Positions 57,628-64,000 of a DNA stretch of 64,000 nt are shown one piece after another; the stretch's first letter is position 1, and each line of letters starts with the position of its first letter. The translations under genes and the position numbers were made by a program. The stretch comes from Rhodobiaceae bacterium (GTDB lineage: Bacteria > Pseudomonadota > Alphaproteobacteria > Rhizobiales > JAKPQE01): NCBI GenBank assembly GCA_028278505.1, contig JANQEG010000074.1:3175-67174 (forward strand), written 5' to 3'. Below the pieces are notes generated by a model that saw only the letters and a program-made list of their open reading frames with translations, did no database searches and was not told the DNA's origin.

Positions 57628-58472
57628 ATAGCGGCGCGCCGCCGAAGGCCTTCGTCGTCGGCTGGCCGATCGCCCAATCGCGCTCGCCGCTGATCCATCG
57701 CTACTGGCTTCAGAAATACGAAATCGCCGGCAGCTATGACGCCATTGCCGTCGAGCCCGACCGGATCTCCGCCTTCCTCGCCGGTTTCGGCGATGACGGA
57801 TTTGTCGGCGGCAACGTCACCATTCCGCACAAAACGGCTGCCTTCAACGCTGCGGACGAGACCGACGACACGGCAAGATTCCTGAATGCCGTCAATACGC
57901 TATGGCGGGAGGGGGATCGCCTTTGCGGAACCAACACCGATGTCTGCGGATTCTTGCAGAACCTCGATGAGACCGCACCCGGATGGGCTGACGATCCGGG
58001 TGCGGCGACCATATTGGGCGCCGGCGGTGCCGCCCGCGCCGTCGCCTATGGCTTGATCGGCCGCGGCTTCGCACCGGTCCGCATCGTCAACCGGACGATT
58101 TCCCGCGCCGGCGAACTCGCTGCGCTCTTCGGGCCGCCGGCGACCGCTCATTCCTTCAAAGAGCTCGCCGGCCTTCTCGGTGATACCGCGCTCCTCGTCA
58201 ATGCGACGTCGCTCGGCATGATCAACCACGACCCGCTCGACATCGATCTAGCGTCCCTGCCGCTGGACGCGCTCGTCACCGACATCGTCTACGTTCCCGT
58301 CGAAACGGGTCTTCTCGCCGCCGCGGCGAGGCGCGGAAACCCGACCGTCGACGGTCTCGGCATGCTGCTGCATCAGGCCGTGCCCGGATTTCAGAAATGG
58401 TTCGGCGTCCGGCCGCAGGTCGACCAGCGCTTGCGCGCGCGCTTGCTTGCCGATATCGGAGCCGCCGGATGA
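57624..58472 (+). CDS. aroE: shikimate dehydrogenase
   Basis: SRSPLIH...GGNVTIPHK...NTD..G...[12 protein letters not shown] overlap with maf. Confidence 0.85.
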   Translation: MNSGAPPKAFVVGWPIAQSRSPLIHRYWLQKYEIAGSYDAIAVEPDRISAFLAGFGDDGFVGGNVTIPHKTAAFNAADETDDTARFLNAVNTLWREGDRLCGTNTDVCGFLQNLDETAPGWADDPGAATILGAGGAARAVAYGLIGRGFAPVRIVNRTISRAGELAALFGPPATAHSFKELAGLLGDTALLVNATSLGMINHDPLDIDLASLPLDALVTDIVYVPVETGLLAAAARRGNPTVDGLGMLLHQAVPGFQKWFGVRPQVDQRLRARLLADIGAAG

Positions 58473-59059
58473 TCGTCATCGGCCTCACCGGATCGATCGG
58501 CATGGGCAAGTCGACGACGGCAAGGATGTTCGCCGAGGCCGGCATTCCGGTCCACGATGCGGACCTGGCGGTCCATCGGCTTTATCGCGGAGCGGCGGTC
58601 GCCCCGGTCGAGGCGGCCTTTCCGGGAACCGTGCGCGACGGCGAGGTTGACCGCATGAAGCTTGCCGCCCATGTCGTCGGCAAGCCCGAGGCGATGCGCC
58701 GCCTGGAGGCGATCGTCCATCCGCTGGTCCGGGAGTGCGAACGCGACTTCCTGAAAGCGGCTGCCGCCGACAACCATTACCTGGCCGTGCTCGACATCCC
58801 GCTGCTGTTCGAAGCCGGACGCGCGGGTGACGTCGACGCGGTCCTGGTGGTCAGCGCCGACGCCGAAAGACAAAGGTCCCGGGTGTTGTCCCGACCGGAA
58901 ATGACCGAGGAGAAGTTCGACGCCCTGATCGCGGCGCAAATGCCGGATGCGGAAAAGCGCCGGCGGGCCCATTTCCTGGTCCTCACCGACTTCGATTTCG
59001 ATGCCGCCCGGCGCCAGGTTGCCGGAATCATCCGGGTGGCGGCGGCGATGCGTGGATAA
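58469..59059 (+). CDS. coaE: dephospho-CoA kinase
   Basis: [14 protein letters not shown]-loop. ATGA overlap with aroE. Confidence 0.9.
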   Translation: MIVIGLTGSIGMGKSTTARMFAEAGIPVHDADLAVHRLYRGAAVAPVEAAFPGTVRDGEVDRMKLAAHVVGKPEAMRRLEAIVHPLVRECERDFLKAAAADNHYLAVLDIPLLFEAGRAGDVDAVLVVSADAERQRSRVLSRPEMTEEKFDALIAAQMPDAEKRRRAHFLVLTDFDFDAARRQVAGIIRVAAAMRG

Positions 59060-59130
59060 ATGCAACGGACCGTCGCACGCTGAAAGAAATCGGATAATAT
59101 TACGGACCCGAATCCTCATCCGGAACGACC

Positions 59131-59847
59131 ATGCGCGAAATCGTCCTCGACACCGAAACGACCGGCCTCGATCCGAAGACCGGCGACCGCATCGTCGAGA
59201 TCGGCGGCGTCGAACTGATCGACCATTTCCCCACCGGGAAATCGTTTCACACCTACCTTAATCCCGAGCGCACCATGCCGGCCGAAGCCTATGCCGTGCA
59301 CGGGCTTTCCGATGATTTTCTCGCCGACAAGCCGCGCTTTGCCGAGATCGCCGATGATTTCCTGAAATTCATCCAAGCCGATCGGCTGGTCATCCACAAC
59401 GCCGGCTTCGATCTCGGTTTCCTCAACGCCGAGTTGGCGCGGCTCGACCGGCCGGCGCTCGGCTGGGACCGGACGCTCGATACGCTGATGCTCGCCCGCC
59501 GCCGCCATCCGGGCGCCGGCAACCGCCTCGACGATCTGTGCAGCCGCTACGGCATCGATGCGCGCCGGCGCACCAAGCATGGCGCATTGCTCGACGCCGA
59601 ACTGCTGGCCGAGGTCTATATCGAACTGATCGGCGGCCGCCAGGCGCATCTGACCCTGGTCGACATGACCTCTCCGGCACGCGACGCGACCGACACGGCC
59701 GAAGCGAGCGTTTCGCGCCCGCAACCGCTGCCGCCGCGCCTGACCGAGACTGAGCGCGCGGCACACCGGGCGTTTGTGGAAAGCCTTGGCGAAAACGCGC
59801 TCTGGCTGCGCTACGGCGATGACGGGCGGTCCGCGCCGGATAATTGA
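59131..59847 (+). CDS. dnaQ: DNA polymerase III subunit epsilon
   Basis: Exo I IVLDTETTGL, Exo II HNAGFDLGFL and Exo III HGALLDAELLAEVY. Confidence 0.95.
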   Translation: MREIVLDTETTGLDPKTGDRIVEIGGVELIDHFPTGKSFHTYLNPERTMPAEAYAVHGLSDDFLADKPRFAEIADDFLKFIQADRLVIHNAGFDLGFLNAELARLDRPALGWDRTLDTLMLARRRHPGAGNRLDDLCSRYGIDARRRTKHGALLDAELLAEVYIELIGGRQAHLTLVDMTSPARDATDTAEASVSRPQPLPPRLTETERAAHRAFVESLGENALWLRYGDDGRSAPDN

Positions 59848-59961
59848 TCCGGAACCGAATCGAAATTCGGGATTTTTGGGGAATCCGACCTTTCTGCTCC
59901 CCTGCCAACGGGATAAGCCTTGCCCGTCAGCAGGCCGAACACGGTCATTCAAGACAGGACT

Positions 59962-60345
59962 TCAGCTTTCCGCAGCCGGTGTCATCCAGCCGATCATTGC
60001 GCCGCCGGGCGTCTGCACTATGGCGATCCGACCTATCCCGGGAACGTCGAACACCGGTCGCGCCAGATTTGCCCCCGCCGCGACAGCCTTTTCGATGCGG
60101 GCGTCGATATCGTCAACCGCGAGATAGGCGAACCAGTGCTCCGGCATCGCCTCGAATTCGGCACCTTCCATGGTCAAAATGCCGCCGACCGGCTGGTCCC
60201 CGATCTTGCACACCCAGTACATCGGTCCCCCGTCCATCTGCATGCCTTCGAACGACCAGCCGAGCGTGTCGCCGTAAAAGGCTTTGGCCTTTTCCGCATC
60301 CTGCGTCACCAGCTCGTTCCAGTAGAAGTGTCCGTGCGACCACAT
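59962..60345 (-). CDS. VOC (glyoxalase/bleomycin-resistance) family protein
   Basis: MWSHGHFYWNELVTQDAEKAKAFYGDTLGW. ATG 60345 is preceded by aagggagg. Confidence 0.75.
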   Translation of the reverse strand: MWSHGHFYWNELVTQDAEKAKAFYGDTLGWSFEGMQMDGGPMYWVCKIGDQPVGGILTMEGAEFEAMPEHWFAYLAVDDIDARIEKAVAAGANLARPVFDVPGIGRIAIVQTPGGAMIGWMTPAAES

Positions 60346-60540
60346 GGCGACCTCCCTTAAATTGCAATTTGCAAGTTTAAGGACCTGGTTCGCAGATTCG
60401 AGTGACGATTTCGTGAAATGCCGCAAATGGCAACGCCGTCGGACAGCCGATCTCAAGCCAAGGGAATTCGATATCGACCCCTTCCGATCAGGAAATCATA
60501 AGGAAGATCAGCGATTTCCGTCGTCTGCAACGTCACGTGC

Positions 60541-60804
60541 CACACTACACGACACAAATGTCATCACCACCACCCCTCCTTCGTCACCACCCGGCTTGTC
60601 CGGGTGGTCCATTGGCCTGTCTGCTTGCCAACGCCTTCGTAAAGGAATTCAAGCGCTTCTGAATGCCGGACGGCCATTGGATTGCCCGGATCAACCGGGC
60701 AATGACGACGGAGGAGGGATCGAAACCGTCCCAAAATGCCAGAACCGGCCAGCAGTGAGACAAGCCCGGCAGTTCGGAAATATCCTGTTGTGTCGTGTAG
60801 TGTG
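60541..60804. mobile_element. MITE-like element, family A, complete copy (264 bp, inverted relative to 2208-2460)
   Basis: The same perfect 16-bp TIRs, cacactacacgacaca / tgtgtcgtgtagtgtg. One 22-bp internal unit. Confidence 0.8.
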
Positions 60805-60827
60805 GTCGAGTGCAAATGCCGCCGGGA

Positions 60828-61541
60828 TCAGACGCTGCGATCGACGGTCTTGCCCGGCGCCGATGAGCCCGGCTCGGGCATCTCGGCAGCGGCGGCAGCG
60901 TGATCGTCAGACTCGGCCGCCGGTTCGCGCGGCACCTCTTCGCCCTCATTCGGTTTCGGCCCGCCCTTGGCAACGCCGACCAGCGCTGGGCGCAGCACCC
61001 GCTCGCCAATGAGGTAGCCTGACTGCACGACCTCGATGACCGAGCCGTGCGCGGCATCGGGATTGGGCACCTCGAACATCGCCTGATGGAAATTCGGGTC
61101 GAACTTCTCTCCCTTCGGATCGATCCGCTTGACGCCGTATTTGTCGAGCAGATTCAGCATGTCGCGCTCGGTCATCTCGACGCCTTCGAGCAGCGATTTC
61201 AGCGCCGGATCGGCATTTGCCCGGGCATCCTCGGAGATTGCGGAAAGCGCGCGCTGCAGATTATCGCTGACCGAGAGCATGTCGCGGGCGAAATTCGCGA
61301 CCGCATACTGCTTGGCATCGGCAACTTCGCGCTCGGTGCGCCGCCGCAGATTTTCCATATCCGCCATCGTTCGCAGCGCCCGGTCGCGCATGTCCGCGGC
61401 TTCAATGCGCAGCCGCGAAAGCTCGTCGATTTCCTCGGCCGCGGCCTCCGCGGGCGCCCCCGTTTCGGCGCCGCCGATCTCGGCGTCGTTTTCGGCCTCG
61501 CTGCCGTCATTGGCGTTCAAATCTTCCGGCTTGCCGGTCAT
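60828..61541 (-). CDS. grpE: nucleotide exchange factor GrpE
   Basis: [15 protein letters not shown]...[14 protein letters not shown]...HQAM family pattern. Confidence 0.9.
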   Translation of the reverse strand: MTGKPEDLNANDGSEAENDAEIGGAETGAPAEAAAEEIDELSRLRIEAADMRDRALRTMADMENLRRRTEREVADAKQYAVANFARDMLSVSDNLQRALSAISEDARANADPALKSLLEGVEMTERDMLNLLDKYGVKRIDPKGEKFDPNFHQAMFEVPNPDAAHGSVIEVVQSGYLIGERVLRPALVGVAKGGPKPNEGEEVPREPAAESDDHAAAAAEMPEPGSSAPGKTVDRSV

Positions 61542-61661
61542 GGCTCCTCGCCTGCAGATAAGTGTTCGGGAAAGTCGATCACGATATCTGAATTCGGGCG
61601 GGAAAAATCAAGTCTTTTCCGGGCACGCCGTCACGCTTCGCCAGCGGCGAAAAGGTGCTTT

Positions 61662-63896
61662 TCAAGCGGTGCGGATGTCAACACGCCGTGCCGGCGGTTC
61701 CGTCCACTGCGCAACGATCGCGGCCAGCGCGGACGGGTCGACCGGCTTGGTGATGTAGTCGTCGAGACCGGATTTCAGCGCCGCATCGCGCTCCTCGCCG
61801 AGCGCGTTGGCGGTCAATGCGATGATCGGGATTCGCGCGGCGTCGGGCGTGGCTGTCTCCAGGCGGCGGATTTCCGCAGTCGCCTGAAGACCGTCGAGCA
61901 CCGGCATGTGTAAATCCATCAGCACGAGATCGAAGGCCTCGTCGCCGCCGGGCGCGGCCAAATAGGCGCGGACCGCATCCACGGCCGATCTGCCGTCGGC
62001 AACCGTTGTGGTCCGGTGGCCCAGCCTCTGCAAGACCGATTTCACCAGCAACGTATTGATTTCATTGTCTTCAGCTAGAAGGACATGGCGCTGCGCGGTG
62101 TCCGAAACCGGCTGCGGGACCGGCGCGGATTCCTGCGGGTCGGCGATGAACGTATCGCCGGCCAAAACCGCCGCCAGGATCGAATAGAGCGAACGCGGCC
62201 GCACCGGCTTGATCAGATAGGCGGCAAAGCCGGCCTGTTTCAGGGCATCGAGCTCGTCGCGCTCGCCGGGAACGATCATGACGATCGGCCGAACGGTCCG
62301 GGGCGCGGCACCGAGGGCGGAGGTCACGGCCCGGCCGTCGCCGGCGCGGCGATCGAACAGCACCGTGTCGATTCCGCTCTTGGAATCGGCGAGCAGGGCC
62401 TCGGCGGCCACCACGTCATCGAGGATCTCCGCCCGCCCGCCGGCGTCCGCGATCGTCCGTGCCAGCATCGGCGCTTCGATCGTCGAGGTCGAAACAATGA
62501 GAATGTTGCGGCCGGAAAGCGACGGCAGGTTTGGCGTTTCGGCACCGGCGTCGACATCAAGATCGAAAGTGAAGGCGCTGCCGCGGCCGGGTACGCTGTC
62601 GACCGATATGCGCCCGCCCATCAGGCTGACGATCCGCTGCGAGATCGCAAGGCCAAGACCGGTACCGCCGCGATTGGCGGGAGCGCTTGGGTCGGTCTGC
62701 TCGAATTCGGCGAATATCCGGGCGGCGGCGTCGCGGGAAATGCCGATGCCGGTATCGCGAACGGCAATCGAAAGCGGGAATTTGTCGCCTTCGCCGCCAC
62801 CCGTCCGGGACCCGATCTCGATGGAGACGCCGCCGGTGTCGGTGAATTTCAGCCCGTTGCCGGCGAGATTGAGCAGCACCTGGCGCAGCCGGAATCCGTC
62901 GACCATCACGGTTTCCGGGACCTCGGGCGCGACATGGCCGGCGATTTCGATGCCCTTTTCGTGGGCGCGCGGCGCTAGCAATTCGCAAACCTCTTCGATA
63001 AGACCGCGAATGTCGGTCGGCACCGGCGAGATATCGAGCTTGCCGGCCTCGATCTTGGAGAAATCGAGGACATCGTCGATCAGCGACATCAGCGCCCGTC
63101 CCGATGTGGCGATCGCCGTTGCATAGGTCTTCTGCTCGGCGCTTTGCGGGGTGTCGGAAAGCAGGCCGGCCATGCCGAGAATGCCGTTGAGCGGGGTGCG
63201 GATTTCGTGGCTGATGGTCGCCAGGAACCGCGATTTCGCCCGGCTCGCTTCTTCGGCCTGGTCGCGCGCCTCGCGCAGCGCCGCCTCGATCTCCTTGCGT
63301 GCGGTGACGTCGCGGCCGACGCTTTGCACCTCGACGAGGCCGCGGCTGTCGTCGCGGATGAGAATATCGAGCCAGGAATACCAGCGCCTGCCCGACGCCG
63401 TCGACATCAGCAGGTCGTAGGGCCGTTCGCGACCGACTTCACCATGGGTTTCAAGGATTTGCGGCCGGTAGGCGGTGCCGAGAATATCGCTCCCGGCGAT
63501 GTCAAAAGTCTGGCAGAACGCCTCGTTGACAAAGGTCAGCCGGCCGTTGCGGTCGCGCCGGATCACGAGATCTCCGTTCGCTTCGACGAGGCTGCGATAG
63601 CGCTCCAGGCCTTCGCGGAGCTCCCAATTGGCATCCTCGAGACGCTCGATCCGTTCGCCGGACGATCGTGCCGCCGCGCGGCCCTCGCTTTGCGTCCGCA
63701 TCGCCCGGCGGAACGCGGCAAGCTCGGCCAGGCCGAAGCCGGCGACGAGGCCGAGACCAGCGGAAAGGCCGGCCGGCGCGCCGACTAAAACGGCGAAAAG
63801 GCATAGACCGCAGAGCAACGCCGCGACCGCGACGGCCACGCGCATATCGGACACCGTTTCGGCGCCGAAATCATGCTTTCGCAGCGTGTTCGTCAT
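61662..63896 (-). CDS. hybrid sensor histidine kinase/response regulator (TM-PAS-HisKA-HATPase-REC-REC)
   Basis: H-box [14 protein letters not shown] and G-box [13 protein letters not shown]. Two receiver-like regions; the distal one has [14 protein letters not shown]...KP. Confidence 0.85.
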   Translation of the reverse strand: MTNTLRKHDFGAETVSDMRVAVAVAALLCGLCLFAVLVGAPAGLSAGLGLVAGFGLAELAAFRRAMRTQSEGRAAARSSGERIERLEDANWELREGLERYRSLVEANGDLVIRRDRNGRLTFVNEAFCQTFDIAGSDILGTAYRPQILETHGEVGRERPYDLLMSTASGRRWYSWLDILIRDDSRGLVEVQSVGRDVTARKEIEAALREARDQAEEASRAKSRFLATISHEIRTPLNGILGMAGLLSDTPQSAEQKTYATAIATSGRALMSLIDDVLDFSKIEAGKLDISPVPTDIRGLIEEVCELLAPRAHEKGIEIAGHVAPEVPETVMVDGFRLRQVLLNLAGNGLKFTDTGGVSIEIGSRTGGGEGDKFPLSIAVRDTGIGISRDAAARIFAEFEQTDPSAPANRGGTGLGLAISQRIVSLMGGRISVDSVPGRGSAFTFDLDVDAGAETPNLPSLSGRNILIVSTSTIEAPMLARTIADAGGRAEILDDVVAAEALLADSKSGIDTVLFDRRAGDGRAVTSALGAAPRTVRPIVMIVPGERDELDALKQAGFAAYLIKPVRPRSLYSILAAVLAGDTFIADPQESAPVPQPVSDTAQRHVLLAEDNEINTLLVKSVLQRLGHRTTTVADGRSAVDAVRAYLAAPGGDEAFDLVLMDLHMPVLDGLQATAEIRRLETATPDAARIPIIALTANALGEERDAALKSGLDDYITKPVDPSALAAIVAQWTEPPARRVDIRTA

Positions 63897-64000
63897 TCAC
63901 CCTTCCCGATGCGGATTTGCGATCGTCCCGGCGCCCGCCGGCGCCGAATCTTCCACCCGCCTCGGCGCGCGCCGGCAGTCGGCTTCCGCGCCAAGATCGA

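Noticed and set aside
59855-59877. Terminator after dnaQ (ccgaat-cgaa-attcgg gattttt)
   Set aside because: The stem is only 6 bp and AT-rich, and the T-run is interrupted. Too weak to call.

Overview
High-GC alphaproteobacterial chromosome segment (Rhizobiales/Hyphomicrobiales-like gene content and repeat families) that spans the replication origin neighbourhood. The conserved block parB-parA-rsmG-mnmG-mnmE-rho-hemJ-hemE | AT-rich gap | DUF299 kinase-maf-aroE-coaE-dnaQ is intact. It carries two perfect parS sites and a GANTC-dense putative oriC at about 55.7-56.1 kb. The most interesting coding content is a pair of [NiFe]-hydrogenase loci at 21.9-35.0 kb. The first is a soluble NAD-linked HoxFUYH-HoxW set (group 3d-like). 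The second is an Isp-type membrane-linked set (group 1e-like) with an unusual order: protease, half-size HupH-like gene, hynS, isp1, isp2, an unrecognisable 152-aa ORF, hynL. These genes are translationally coupled and preceded by a FixK/FNR-type box and a pure A/T tract. Other core genes include cpdR, rplU-rpmA-obg-proB-proA-nadD-rsfS-rlmH, msrA, an RND pump, MFS transporters, a lytic transglycosylase, grpE and two histidine kinases. Accessory content: a visibly lower-GC island (43.2-46.2 kb) bounded by decayed IS630 and IS4/Tn5-like transposase genes. It carries a lycopene-cyclase-domain membrane protein plus a frameshifted CrtC/AttH-like gene, and an intact paralogue of that gene sits at the window start beside an IS5-type fragment. 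The intergenic space is rich in repeats: a MITE with perfect 16-bp terminal inverted repeats (TIRs) and an internal 22-bp variable tandem repeat, a second MITE with 34-bp TIRs, a palindromic 'gtcattgcgac...gcaatgac' family, mosaic modules, and a roughly 100-nt structured element fused directly to the 3-prime CCA end of two unrelated tRNA genes. No CRISPR array, rRNA or recognisable defence system was seen. All calls come from reading the sequence and ORF track; no searches were run.
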